Virus record (IMG/VR): IMGVR_UViG_3300037516_000306
Location: 49,563 to 113,562 of that record
Origin: a virus
Length of the DNA stretch: 64,000 nt
Direction: 5' to 3' (one strand)
Shown here: positions 28,517 to 39,005 of the stretch, piece after piece
Position numbering within the stretch: the stretch's first letter is position 1
How the letters are laid out: the number at the start of each line of letters is the position of its first letter
The notes under the pieces: model-generated
Told to the model about the DNA's origin: nothing
The model's database searches: none
The model's input: the letters and a program-made list of their open reading frames with translations, nothing else
Position numbers and translations under genes: made by a program

Positions 28517-30814
28517 ATGATTTTAGAAAAACAGACAGAAGCAAACGTCCTAACAGAAGGACAATCACAAGAGAGTATAGGAATGTCACTAGACTTAGAT
28601 TCTGCACAGATATTGATGCAGATGTTAAGTAAGAATTTATATTCTGATGACATAGGTTCTGCTATCCGAGAATGTGCATCCAATGCACTAGATAGCCATA
28701 GAAGAGCTGGAGTGGACACTCCTATCATTGTATCATTTAAATCTTCTACAGATTACAACTATGAATTTTGTGTAGAGGATTTTGGTATTGGTCTAGATGC
28801 TGATGATGTGAAGAACATTATCAGTAAATATGGTAAATCAACTAAGCGTAACAGTAATACTGAGCTTGGTATGATGGGACTAGGTTTCAAAGCACCTCTT
28901 GCATACTCTAGTAGCTTTTACTTCGTATGTAGAAAAGATGGAATGGAACGTAAGTACATGATGTATGAAGGAGAAGATACTAACACTATCGATCTTTTGT
29001 ATGAAGCAGAAACATCAGAAGCTAACGGTGTAAAGATTATCATACCTGTTAAATACAGTGATGCATATCAGTTCCGTAAGAAGATTAAAGAGCAACTATG
29101 TTATTTCGAGAGTGTATATTTTGATGTACCAGATGATTCTACAATCACTAATGATTTTGTTATCTCTAGACATACACACTTCCAGTTCTCTGAGATGAGT
29201 ACAGATGATAAGTTACACATTTGTTTAGATAATGTGTATTATCCTCTAGACTTTGAGAAGGTGGGTATTGATAGAATTGAGTTCCCTGTAGCTCTTAGAT
29301 TTTCATTGAGTGATGGATTATATCCAACTCCTAATAGAGAGTCTCTTAGATACACTCAGGAAGCTAAACAAATCATCTTAAACAAACTTGCTGATGTAGC
29401 AGATTATTTTGTTACTAAGTATAATGAGCAATTAACAGAAGGAGGTGACATTAAATCTGTAGTTAATTATCTAGAGAAGAATGGTCATAAACTTACAATG
29501 GCTGATGGTAGTTCAAGAAGAATTGATGATTTCATGAAGTATTCTAAAATACAAATTGCTGTTCCAGAGATAGAAGGTGTTAACCTGATTAACTTTCCTT
29601 CTTTATACAAATTGCGTAAATCTGAGATGTTAAATTATGCATTTCCTTCTAAGTTCTTATTGAGATATAAAAGAATGCAAGATACAGATAAACATTATGT
29701 ATATGGATATACAATAGAAAGTATTTGTACTGGTCATGCTAAAGTGTGGGTATTTAATGATAGAATTCCTGGTATCAAGAAAGATTATCTAAGAGCTACA
29801 TGTGAAGAAGGTAAGTACAATTTTATGGTTAAAAGAAATGGTCCTATGAAACTAGGAATCCCTGCTAAATTTGACAGTAATACTTATTATCATTTACTAG
29901 AGCTTGCTAATTATTCAAAAGATCAGTGGAGAGCTGTTATCAAAGAATATCAACACATCATCTCTTTGATTGAAGCACAGTTTATTGATCTTGATGAAAT
30001 GGTTGTACCACAATCTTTTATTGATAGCAAGAAGAAAGCTAAAGTGGCTTCTACTACATCAACTGGTAAGAGACTTAAGATTCAGGGAGAGATTGTTTGT
30101 AAGAAAGCTGTTGAATTGATGCGATATAATGATGGTAGAAACTGTAAGTTTGATTCTCAATTATATAAGTTAGAAGATCTTGAGAGTGCTAAGCACCTGA
30201 AGGTTTATGCTCACCATGATGACTATTTGAAGCTTGATGCTTTGTATGGAATTATGGGTAAACAGAAGATGGAAGTAATTACATTTTCTGCTAGAGAACT
30301 TAAAATAGTAGAACAATTAGACATTCACAATTTAATATCATACGACAAATTTATGGAGGGGAAAACAGCACCATTTAAAAGAATAGTTACAGCAACACTT
30401 ATTGATAACTTAATGAGCAAATACAGATATGTGTTTGAGAAATCTCAAATGTTTAAACATACATCTACTGACTTTTATAAGAAGTTGGAAGAATTGGCTG
30501 ATTACAAGCGTGCTAATTATGTATGTGCAAACAGTGATTTGAACAAATCTATGTTAGCAGTGGCTGAAGAGCACAAACTATTTGATAATAACATCTATCC
30601 AGAGTATTTACAGATGATAGATATATTGAATAAACTTACATTTATTAATCCTTTAGCTAAGACTATGGGTTATTTTAATGAAGATGATCAGATGGTAGGT
30701 GTAGTGACTGATTTATTCAAGTATTACAAACACAGAGTAGATTTTAAACATTACAACATTAAAATTAATGATGAAGTGTTAACAGAAGAAACAATAGAAG
30801 ATTTAGTAGATTAA
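28517..30814 (+). CDS. rIIA: RIIA-like protein (N-terminal GHKL ATPase)
   Basis: LYSD..SAIRECASNALDSH, VEDFGIGL, GKSTK, GMMGLGFKAPLAY, PNRESL. Confidence 0.82.
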   Translation: MILEKQTEANVLTEGQSQESIGMSLDLDSAQILMQMLSKNLYSDDIGSAIRECASNALDSHRRAGVDTPIIVSFKSSTDYNYEFCVEDFGIGLDADDVKNIISKYGKSTKRNSNTELGMMGLGFKAPLAYSSSFYFVCRKDGMERKYMMYEGEDTNTIDLLYEAETSEANGVKIIIPVKYSDAYQFRKKIKEQLCYFESVYFDVPDDSTITNDFVISRHTHFQFSEMSTDDKLHICLDNVYYPLDFEKVGIDRIEFPVALRFSLSDGLYPTPNRESLRYTQEAKQIILNKLADVADYFVTKYNEQLTEGGDIKSVVNYLEKNGHKLTMADGSSRRIDDFMKYSKIQIAVPEIEGVNLINFPSLYKLRKSEMLNYAFPSKFLLRYKRMQDTDKHYVYGYTIESICTGHAKVWVFNDRIPGIKKDYLRATCEEGKYNFMVKRNGPMKLGIPAKFDSNTYYHLLELANYSKDQWRAVIKEYQHIISLIEAQFIDLDEMVVPQSFIDSKKKAKVASTTSTGKRLKIQGEIVCKKAVELMRYNDGRNCKFDSQLYKLEDLESAKHLKVYAHHDDYLKLDALYGIMGKQKMEVITFSARELKIVEQLDIHNLISYDKFMEGKTAPFKRIVTATLIDNLMSKYRYVFEKSQMFKHTSTDFYKKLEELADYKRANYVCANSDLNKSMLAVAEEHKLFDNNIYPEYLQMIDILNKLTFINPLAKTMGYFNEDDQMVGVVTDLFKYYKHRVDFKHYNIKINDEVLTEETIEDLVD

Positions 30815-30869
30815 AGAAAGGGGGGAGAAATCCCCTCTTATTAAAAAGTAACAATTAAAATTAAATACA

Positions 30870-32399
30870 ATGAGCAACAAATTTCTAAGTCTTGACTGGT
30901 TCAAGCAAACAGCAGAGAATGCAATAGCTAAAGTGGTAGCTAACAAATTGGAGAGTTTAATGGAACAAGAAGAACAACAAGCTCCTAATGAAGTGTTTGA
31001 GAAACCATTCTTAAACCTTAGATTAGTAAATGATACACTAACTGTAGTGTTGAGAGATGGAAGTGTATTGAGTAAGCCTGCAGCAACAGAAGAAGATTAT
31101 TATGCTATCTCTGAAGCAAAGAGTTTACATGAAATCTATGCTATCATTGCTTCTAAAGAAGTGGCAGCTGATGTAGAAGCACTAAGAGCTGAAACAGCTA
31201 GAATCAAAGCTTTACAACAGGGTATTCAGTTACTTGCAGTTCTTCCTGATTTTAGAGTGGAGGGAACAACAGTTTACTTAAATGGTACATCTAGAAGTCT
31301 TCCACAATTATTAGTAGAGAAGTTTATTGAAGTGGTAGATAAAGTTAGTAATGAACCTTCTCAAGAAGATTTTAATACACAATTAAATCAAGATGATGAG
31401 TATGTAGCATTGAAGAACTTCTTCATGTGGTGTTGTCTAAACCCAAGAGCTGAAGTGGCACATGAGTTATACAGATTCTTAGCAGAGAATTCATTTAGAA
31501 TTACTAGACAAGGATTTGTTGTAGCATTGAGAAATGTTGTAACTCTTCATGGATCTCCAGAGCTAGTTCACTTTATCAGTAATGCCTATAACAAGGTGAA
31601 AGCTGTATGGAAGAAGAATCCTTCTGAGTACACAGTGTTCTTAGAAGATGGTGAGTACAAACTTGTACATGATGACAAACTATTCAAAGAAGAAACTCAT
31701 ACAACAACAACATGTCCAGATTGCTTAGGTGATGGTGGATGGGAAGATGAAGATAGCTGGGAAGATGGTGAATGGATTGATTGTGAGACATGTGATGGTT
31801 CAGGAGAAGTGGAAGAATATACTTACACTGAAACATGGGCTGTTAATCATGGTGAGAAGATTGGTAGTCTTGTAGATCTTTATCTTGATTTACCTAATAG
31901 AGCAGAGAATAGATTTACAGATGATTGGACTAAAACATTTGATATCCGTATTGGACAAGTGACTAGTATGCCTAAAGAAGATTGTAACTGGAGTACACAA
32001 GATTGTGCTGCTGCAGGATTACACTTTACAGCAGACCAGATTCACTATGTTGGATGTGGTGATCAATCTGTTATTGTTCTTATCAATCCTATGAAAGTGG
32101 TTGGTATTGGTCAACACAAGGGTAGATGCTATGAGTATTTACCAATTATGACTGTACCAAGAGAAGAAGCTACCAGAATTCTTCATGATGCTCAGTTTGA
32201 TACAATACAACTAGATGAAGATTATGCTATTCGTGAATTAGAATTCCTTACAGAGAAAGTGAAAGATGGATTTGCAGCTGAGTCTAGAAAGTATGAGTTC
32301 AACTTACCAAGTATTTCTGCTGCAGAAATAACTAATATTGTTGCAAATCTTAGTGAGATGAAAGCTACGATAAGCAAACGTGTTAGTACAATTAAATAA
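30870..32399 (+). CDS. rIIB: RIIB-like protein with inserted DnaJ-type Zn finger
   Basis: Follows rIIA; NP..EV..ELYRFL, DCAAAGLH, VLINPMKVV, KGRCYEY; CPDCLGDG/CETCDGSG insert. Confidence 0.75.
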   Translation: MSNKFLSLDWFKQTAENAIAKVVANKLESLMEQEEQQAPNEVFEKPFLNLRLVNDTLTVVLRDGSVLSKPAATEEDYYAISEAKSLHEIYAIIASKEVAADVEALRAETARIKALQQGIQLLAVLPDFRVEGTTVYLNGTSRSLPQLLVEKFIEVVDKVSNEPSQEDFNTQLNQDDEYVALKNFFMWCCLNPRAEVAHELYRFLAENSFRITRQGFVVALRNVVTLHGSPELVHFISNAYNKVKAVWKKNPSEYTVFLEDGEYKLVHDDKLFKEETHTTTTCPDCLGDGGWEDEDSWEDGEWIDCETCDGSGEVEEYTYTETWAVNHGEKIGSLVDLYLDLPNRAENRFTDDWTKTFDIRIGQVTSMPKEDCNWSTQDCAAAGLHFTADQIHYVGCGDQSVIVLINPMKVVGIGQHKGRCYEYLPIMTVPREEATRILHDAQFDTIQLDEDYAIRELEFLTEKVKDGFAAESRKYEFNLPSISAAEITNIVANLSEMKATISKRVSTIK

Positions 32400-32462
32400 A
32401 TAATTAATATAGTTTTGTCGCAAATGTTTACTATATTTGCGACAGAACTTAATTATAACTAT

Positions 32463-32852
32463 ATGGCAAAGAGAGTGTTAGTCCCAAAGACAAGATGTAA
32501 TGGTACAATGAGTGAAGCAGCCTTCTGGAGCTTCATAAGAAGTGCTTTGAGACAGAAGAGTAGATGGTGGAAACCCATATCAGTATGTAAACTAAATGCA
32601 CGTAGAGACTATAAAGGAATCAATAAACGTCAGAAGTATGAGTATCAGTGTAAGAAATGTAAGAAGTGGCATCCAGAGAAACAAATTAACGTGGACCACA
32701 TCATCCCAGCAGGGAGTTTAAACTGTGCACAAGACTTACCTCTGTTTGTTGAAAGATTGTTTTGTGAACAAGATAATCTACAGGTGCTATGTACAACGTG
32801 TCATGATAAAAAGACACTTAAAGAGAAAAAATCTAAAACTAAAACAAAATGA
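32463..32852 (+). CDS. HNH endonuclease
   Basis: CKKC, VDHIIP, NLQVLCTTCH; start ATG 32463. Confidence 0.8.
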   Translation: MAKRVLVPKTRCNGTMSEAAFWSFIRSALRQKSRWWKPISVCKLNARRDYKGINKRQKYEYQCKKCKKWHPEKQINVDHIIPAGSLNCAQDLPLFVERLFCEQDNLQVLCTTCHDKKTLKEKKSKTKTK

Positions 32853-33009
32853 TAAAAAATCTTATAAGTAGATGGACAATGGTGAAATTAGCAAGAGCAC
32901 CATTTTATGATAAAGTGTTAGGTAATACAGTATATTACTGGCAAGACTGCTATTTTGAACAATACATGGCTGCATCAAGATGGGGCTTTAGAATTAAATT
33001 ATATCAATT

Positions 33010-33240
33010 ATGAAAAACGCAATTACAATAAATAGAACACCTGCATTTAATGAGGTGTGGCATGAAGGGCACATAGAGCATGAAGGTAAATACCATTACT
33101 TCTGGTTAATACATCCTCAGGGATTAGATAACGGAGGAGAAGAATATGAACTAGAGGTTAGATGGTTCTTTGCTAGAGTACCAAGGGAGATACGAGCTTT
33201 GTATCCACAAATCATTGAAGCATTTAAACAAACACTATGA
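33010..33240 (+). CDS. Hypothetical protein
   Basis: ORF track. Confidence 0.55.
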   Translation: MKNAITINRTPAFNEVWHEGHIEHEGKYHYFWLIHPQGLDNGGEEYELEVRWFFARVPREIRALYPQIIEAFKQTL

Positions 33241-33397
33241 TAAAAGGAAAATCACAATCTAGTAAATCTGTAAAGTTTTTACCTTGTGATGAAAACTCAC
33301 AAGTGTATAGTTGGCAAAGAACCAACAAGAAATCTATGCAGGTTCCTAAAAAGGAATTTCAAAGACAATTAAAAACATTCAATATAAAAACATTCAG

Positions 33398-34453
33398 ATG
33401 ATAAAAGGAACAGCAAAAACAGAAGCTCAATACAGAGCAGTGGTTATGGATTCATCCAGTAGCCTAAAAGATTTCTCTACAGATAGAAAGAAGTATTACA
33501 AGAAGTATTTCCTTGGAGAGAAGGTAGAAGACAAAGATAGCTCAGCAGCTAATATGGGACGCATAGTCGAAACCCTACTTATGGAACCACATCTATTTGA
33601 TGATAAGTTCTATATGTCATCTTGTGCTTCTACACCAACAGGACTTATGTTAGATTTTGTTGAAGCGTTGTATCGTGTAACAAGAGATGCTACAGATGAA
33701 GAAGGTAAAATTACTAGAGACTTTGCAGACATATCTTTAGAAGCTTATAATATATCAGGATTCAAGATTAAGTATGAAGCTGTTATTGGTAAGTTCATAG
33801 GAAGTGAAGCTGAGATCTATTATAATGAAATCAGAAGAGTGAGAACACTTAATCTAACTGTGGTTAACACTACAGAGATATCAGTAGCTGAGAAGATTGT
33901 AGAAAGACTTAAGACTAATAGTACTACAGGACCAATTGTAAACATGGTTAATAGTTCTAGATATGAAGTGATTGATCAAATGCAAGTAGAAGGATATACA
34001 ATTGATGGACATAAGTTCAAGAGTATGTTAGATAAAGTGGTGATTGATCATGATAAGAAGATTATTCAACCTTACGATCTTAAGTGCACATGGAGTGTAG
34101 AGAACTTCTATGAAGAGTATTACTTGTACAGAAGAGCGTACATTCAAGCGTACTTATATTACTTTGCAATGTTACATCTTGTAAAAGATGAAGATAGTCC
34201 TTATCATGGATATGTAGTAGAATATCTAAAGTTTATTGTATGTGATAGCACTAATTACTATCAACCTCTTATATATACATTAGGCATTGATGATATGGGA
34301 GATGCGTACAAAGGATTTGTACACAAAGGAAGAACTTATCCTGGTGTACAAGATTTAATAGCTGCATTGAGTTGGTGTATTGAAACAGGAACATGGGATA
34401 TAAGCCACAAAAATTATTTGTCTAACGGAGTAGTTAATATTAAAGGAGCATAA
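33398..34453 (+). CDS. PD-(D/E)xK exonuclease (RecE/ExoVIII-like)
   Basis: SSSSLKDF, KSMLDKV, YDLKCT, YIQAYLY. Confidence 0.75.
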   Translation: MIKGTAKTEAQYRAVVMDSSSSLKDFSTDRKKYYKKYFLGEKVEDKDSSAANMGRIVETLLMEPHLFDDKFYMSSCASTPTGLMLDFVEALYRVTRDATDEEGKITRDFADISLEAYNISGFKIKYEAVIGKFIGSEAEIYYNEIRRVRTLNLTVVNTTEISVAEKIVERLKTNSTTGPIVNMVNSSRYEVIDQMQVEGYTIDGHKFKSMLDKVVIDHDKKIIQPYDLKCTWSVENFYEEYYLYRRAYIQAYLYYFAMLHLVKDEDSPYHGYVVEYLKFIVCDSTNYYQPLIYTLGIDDMGDAYKGFVHKGRTYPGVQDLIAALSWCIETGTWDISHKNYLSNGVVNIKGA

Positions 34454-35016
34454 TGATAAAGAAAACAATAACTAGCATATTTATAGTTCCAACACTAAAG
34501 TTTCCAAAAGATTCTTTGAAGAGTAATGGATTTATAAATGGCTATATTAAAGATGATAGAAGAGATGCACAGTATGAAAATGCTGTGTACATTCTATTTA
34601 AACCTGATGATCTGGATAAGTTTAGAGAGTTTCTTGATAGTGAATATGAACGAACAAAGAATGTCATAGAAGATTATGATTATGAAGATGGATTTGTTGT
34701 AGTGGTATATGAACTAGATAAGAAATACAAGAAAGATTATGAACTTGTAAGAGCAGGTAAATATTCCCAAACATCAAAAGCATTTCAAAATGAATTCCCA
34801 AAGTCTGTCAAGATTGTAAAATCAGGACTTAGTAAAGATGAAATCTCTTTGCAAACTAGAATATTTAAAAAGAGTCAAGATCTTGTAGAATTCTGGGAAG
34901 ATAAATTAGGTATTACATTTGAAGATGATTATGAGGTGTGGGATGGATTCGATGAATCAAAGGAAATTTTAGAAATTGATAAAATAAAAGAATTATGTCT
35001 AACAGAGAAATCTTAG
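34453..35016 (+). CDS. Hypothetical protein
   Basis: Coupled to nuclease; GKYS motif. Confidence 0.6.
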   Translation: MIKKTITSIFIVPTLKFPKDSLKSNGFINGYIKDDRRDAQYENAVYILFKPDDLDKFREFLDSEYERTKNVIEDYDYEDGFVVVVYELDKKYKKDYELVRAGKYSQTSKAFQNEFPKSVKIVKSGLSKDEISLQTRIFKKSQDLVEFWEDKLGITFEDDYEVWDGFDESKEILEIDKIKELCLTEKS

Positions 35017-35198
35017 AATTAATAATAGAAGAGTTTGGAGTGGAGAAAGCCACTCAGTTTTGTGAAATAGCTGCAACAATGTATGATATAAAATACAATG
35101 CGGCTAAAGAGTTAGAACCACTAAGTGAATATGACTTTGAAAGAGTTTGGTGGTTAGATACGTATATAGAACTTAATAAAGAATTAGAAATAGAATAA
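34995..35198 (+). CDS. Hypothetical protein
   Basis: ORF track. Confidence 0.5.
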   Translation: MSNREILELIIEEFGVEKATQFCEIAATMYDIKYNAAKELEPLSEYDFERVWWLDTYIELNKELEIE

Positions 35199-35199
35199 T

Positions 35200-35583
35200 A
35201 TGAAAGGATTAGAATTATTAGAAAAACATGCACTATCTGCTGAAATTGTTAGAGCTTGGTTTATGGAGAGAATGATTGAATCATTTAAAGATGAAAATGT
35301 ACCTGATGAATTTAAAGATTTCATGCGTGAGCAAGGAATAGATAATGATAAGTTAGGAACTATGATTGATGTTAATCCTAGAATGTTATTAGATGTGTTT
35401 GATGCTAATGATATAATAATAGAAACTTCATTATATCCTAATGGAGAATTCACAATTAAAATTGGTAATCAAGCAACAACTAACTCTTGGAAGACAAGAA
35501 AGGAAGCAGAGATATTTGCTATAGATGTTGCATTTGATATCTTAGAGAACAAATTATCTCCAAAAGAAGAAGAAATAAATTAG
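35200..35583 (+). CDS. Hypothetical protein
   Basis: ORF track. Confidence 0.6.
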   Translation: MKGLELLEKHALSAEIVRAWFMERMIESFKDENVPDEFKDFMREQGIDNDKLGTMIDVNPRMLLDVFDANDIIIETSLYPNGEFTIKIGNQATTNSWKTRKEAEIFAIDVAFDILENKLSPKEEEIN

Positions 35584-35632
35584 GAATAATCAGGGAGATG
35601 AATTATATTTGTCTCCCTAAAATTAAAAAACC

Positions 35633-35968
35633 ATGAGAACAACAAAAGAATTTAATGAGAAGTACAAAGCATATTTAGATGGTGAATCTGGAATGCTTAT
35701 AGAACTTCCATCTGTATTAGCATATGTTGACCAAATATTTAATGACCTTACGTGGATCCCTGGATTTCTATATAATGAAATCACTACAAGACATGGGTTA
35801 GCTAAAGTGCATACAAATCTACAAGAGGTTATGCCATTTGCTGGAAGAATATTAGAACAAGAACTTGAAGAAAAAATCAATTTTATTCTGAAAGTGGAAT
35901 ACGAGATAGAACATAGATTAGCAAGCTTAAACCTAGACAGAGATGGAAAAAGTATTCAACAAGTATAA
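35633..35968 (+). CDS. Hypothetical protein
   Basis: ORF track. Confidence 0.55.
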   Translation: MRTTKEFNEKYKAYLDGESGMLIELPSVLAYVDQIFNDLTWIPGFLYNEITTRHGLAKVHTNLQEVMPFAGRILEQELEEKINFILKVEYEIEHRLASLNLDRDGKSIQQV

Positions 35969-36188
35969 GAAAATGCTAATAGTGCACCCAAAGTATCAAG
36001 GATACGTTTGTGGATACACAGATGCTCACATCATTCTAGCTATAGAAACTACTAGTAAAGACTTCTTTAGAAAACTAGAAAATCCAAACATCTTAGAAGA
36101 GTATAAAGATGTTAAATACAGATATGTACTAGAAGATGAAAGAGAACTAATTAAACAATCTATCAATGAAAGGAATAAAAGAAGTTAG
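35943..36188 (+). CDS. Hypothetical protein
   Basis: ORF track. Confidence 0.5.
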   Translation: MEKVFNKYKKMLIVHPKYQGYVCGYTDAHIILAIETTSKDFFRKLENPNILEEYKDVKYRYVLEDERELIKQSINERNKRS

Positions 36189-36459
36189 GTATTATAATAT
36201 TCCTGAAATGGCTTTTATGTTAAGTATGTCTGAAAAATCTGTAAGAAACAAAATTAGTAAGTTCAGGATAAAAAGAGATAGAACTAATGGACCAAAAGGA
36301 ATTGGTTTATATACGTATGAACAACTAGAATTGTTACGTGGTGATAGAAGATTAAAAAGTTTAGAACGTGATTTTTCATATGAAAGACTATTATATCAAC
36401 GTCATCAAACACCAGTAGTAATAACCTATCATATTTATGAATCTAAAATGAATAAGTAA
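36166..36459 (+). CDS. HTH (excisionase/MerR-like) DNA-binding protein
   Basis: YNIPEMAFMLSMSEKSVRN, LYTYEQL. Confidence 0.5.
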   Translation: MKGIKEVRYYNIPEMAFMLSMSEKSVRNKISKFRIKRDRTNGPKGIGLYTYEQLELLRGDRRLKSLERDFSYERLLYQRHQTPVVITYHIYESKMNK

Positions 36460-36460
36460 A

Positions 36461-36634
36461 ATGGCTAATAAAAAAGAATTTATATTAGGAAGAGATTATT
36501 ATCTAGAAGATGGTAGAATACATTTTACTAAAGAGTATTTAATAAAGAGAGGTCCATGTTGTGGAAATGAATGTAGACATTGTCCTTATGATAAAAGTGA
36601 AAAAGGAAATACATCACTTAGAACAAGTGAATAA
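36461..36634 (+). CDS. Small Cys-rich protein (DUF5522-like)
   Basis: DYYLEDGRIHFTKEYLIKRGPCCGNECRHCPY; below ORF-track cutoff. Confidence 0.7.
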   Translation: MANKKEFILGRDYYLEDGRIHFTKEYLIKRGPCCGNECRHCPYDKSEKGNTSLRTSE

Positions 36635-36664
36635 AGAGTTCTGTTCTGTTTTTTAATTGTGGAG

Positions 36665-36693
36665 AAGGCCCTGGAGAAATCTGGGGCTTTTTT
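36665..36693 (+). terminator. Rho-independent terminator
   Basis: AAGGCCCTGGA-GAAA-TCTGGGGCTT followed by T run. Confidence 0.7.
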
Positions 36694-36816
36694 ATCCTTA
36701 AGTGGTATGTAAGGATTTCTTACACACTAGTCAAGTAAATGATGGAAAAAACCTGACATTTTACTTGCAAAAAAGCAGAAAAATCATTAACTTTAAACAA
36801 TTAAAAATCAATAAAA

Positions 36817-37866
36817 ATGGCAGTAAAAAAAGTAGTAAAAGAGGCTGATAGCAAATGTCTAGCAGCAATCGAAAGTTTAAACAAGAAGTATGGTGTTGGT
36901 TCAATTCTAGCACTAGACTCTAAAGCAGGAGGAGATTATGATGTAATCAGTACAGGTAGTATTGGATTTGATCATATCACTCTTGGTGTAGGAGGATTTG
37001 TAAAAGGTAAGCTATATGAGCTTATGGGATGGGAAGGTACAGGTAAATCTACAATTTGTGGTCATGCTGCTGCAGAATGTCAGAAAGCTGGTGGTACTGT
37101 ATTGTACATCGATGGTGAGCACGCTGTTGATAAGAACTATTTCAAGAAACTAGGAGTGGATACAACTAAGATGTTGATTGCTCAACCATCATGTGGTGAG
37201 GAGGGTTTCAACATTGCTATGGAGATGATTAATACTGGAGAGATTGATCTTGTGATCATCGATTCAGATAGCTCATTGATCCCTAAGAAGATGCTTGATG
37301 GTGATGTAGGTGATTCTACTATCGGTAGAAAAGCTTTATTAAACAGTAATGCATATCCAAAACTAAAGGGAGCTCTATCACAACATAATGTATGTGTGAT
37401 TGTAATCTCTCAGTATCGTGAGAAGATTGGTGTTATGTTTGGTAATCCTACAACAACTCAGGGAGGTCATGCTCTTAAGTTCTACAGTGATGTAAGAATA
37501 GAAGTGAGCAGAACTCTTGCTAAAGATGGTGATGTAAACTACGGTAATATCACTAAGCTAAAAGCTATCAAGAATAAGATGTCTCCTCCGTATAGAAAAT
37601 CAGAATTTGAGATAGTGTATGGTAAGGGTATAGATGTTCTTGATGAGATGATGAGTCTTCTTAATGAGTTTGAGTTAGGACGTAAGTATGGTAAAACTAT
37701 GACTGTAGATGGAACTAAGTATGACTTAGAAGAATTCAAACAGCTTGTTGTAGACAATCCAGAGTTCTATGATGAACTAAGAGAGAAGATTGTAGCTGCA
37801 ATCAATCAAACTGATCTTCCTGTTGAGGAAGTGGAAGTGGAAGAAGAAATTGAGGACGAACTATAA
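36817..37866 (+). CDS. recA: RecA recombinase
   Basis: ISTGS, GWEGTGKS, IDGEHA, REKIGVMFGNPTTTQGGHALKFYS, KNKMSPP. Confidence 0.95.
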   Translation: MAVKKVVKEADSKCLAAIESLNKKYGVGSILALDSKAGGDYDVISTGSIGFDHITLGVGGFVKGKLYELMGWEGTGKSTICGHAAAECQKAGGTVLYIDGEHAVDKNYFKKLGVDTTKMLIAQPSCGEEGFNIAMEMINTGEIDLVIIDSDSSLIPKKMLDGDVGDSTIGRKALLNSNAYPKLKGALSQHNVCVIVISQYREKIGVMFGNPTTTQGGHALKFYSDVRIEVSRTLAKDGDVNYGNITKLKAIKNKMSPPYRKSEFEIVYGKGIDVLDEMMSLLNEFELGRKYGKTMTVDGTKYDLEEFKQLVVDNPEFYDELREKIVAAINQTDLPVEEVEVEEEIEDEL

Positions 37867-38072
37867 TGGAAGATAAAATAGTTGAAGCGGTAAGAGCTGA
37901 TCTATTGCAGAGATCTCAAGTGGGTATTAAGAAATATAATACTACACTTGAGAGAACTGATTTAGATCTCAAAGATTGGTTACAGCATTCCTATGAAGAA
38001 TGCTTAGACATGTGTAATTACTTAAAGAGAAGTATAATAGAACTAGAGAACAATGAGAGAGTACAAAAATAG
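37866..38072 (+). CDS. Small all-alpha phage protein
   Basis: RSQVGIKKYNTTL..WLQH..EE.LD...YL motif. Confidence 0.55.
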   Translation: MEDKIVEAVRADLLQRSQVGIKKYNTTLERTDLDLKDWLQHSYEECLDMCNYLKRSIIELENNERVQK

Positions 38073-38832
38073 ATATGGTGATCTATTCACCTTTACAGAA
38101 GATGATAACCATGATGTATTATGGGAAGGTAACTTTGAATTCTGTAGAATAGGTATGCCTAATGATTACACTAGAGCATATGAAGCATATTTAAAAGATA
38201 ATGAGGGTAAGCAGTCGCTTATGACATTAACTCAATTTAAAAGTGCTGTACATCATTATGATGATGAAACTCTTAGCTATGACTATCCTGAATACATTCA
38301 GATGGTTGATTGTTTAAGAGATGAAATAGAGATGGTTGATCCTAGTGGTGGGCCCTATTTAAGTAGAGGTATGTCTTTAGATAGTCTTGTATTTAAAAAG
38401 TTTACAATCAAAGACTTTGAAAAGATTGATACTGGATACAAGATTATTACAGAGAAATGTCCTTATTGCAATCAAGCAAATGGTCATAAAATGAGTTGTT
38501 CAACACAAAAAATACAAATACATATGAGAAATTACGGTGAATTAGAAGCTCTTGTTATAGCATGGGCAACCCAGAAGGGTATTATAGAGAATGGTACAGC
38601 AATAGCTCAAGCTAGTAAAACAATTGAGGAAGTGAATGAACTTGTTCAGGCTATCACTGTTGATGATAGAGAAGAGATAATTGATGCTCTGGGTGATATA
38701 CTTGTTACAATCATTATACAAGCAGAGATGCAAGGATTGAAGCTTACAGACTGTTTAGAGAGTGCATACAATGTAATCTCTAAGCGTACAGGTAAGATGG
38801 TTAATGGTCAATTTGTGAAAGATGCAAAGTAA
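38053..38832 (+). CDS. Unknown N-terminal domain fused to MazG-like NTP pyrophosphohydrolase
   Basis: C-terminal EEVNEL..DALGDILVT..R.GK.VNG.FVK. Confidence 0.7.
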   Translation: MREYKNRYGDLFTFTEDDNHDVLWEGNFEFCRIGMPNDYTRAYEAYLKDNEGKQSLMTLTQFKSAVHHYDDETLSYDYPEYIQMVDCLRDEIEMVDPSGGPYLSRGMSLDSLVFKKFTIKDFEKIDTGYKIITEKCPYCNQANGHKMSCSTQKIQIHMRNYGELEALVIAWATQKGIIENGTAIAQASKTIEEVNELVQAITVDDREEIIDALGDILVTIIIQAEMQGLKLTDCLESAYNVISKRTGKMVNGQFVKDAK

Positions 38833-39005
38833 TCTAACACTAAATGATATATGTAAGAAATGTGGGGGGTACAAGTTTGCTCCCTACAATTCTAATCTAT
38901 CAGCTACAGTGAGACTGTGTCATTGTACAGAGATTAAAAAAGAACCATTGCTGTTTCCTAAAGCAATATTACTAGAGCCAAAAGTAACTAAGCTTAATAC
39001 AGAAG

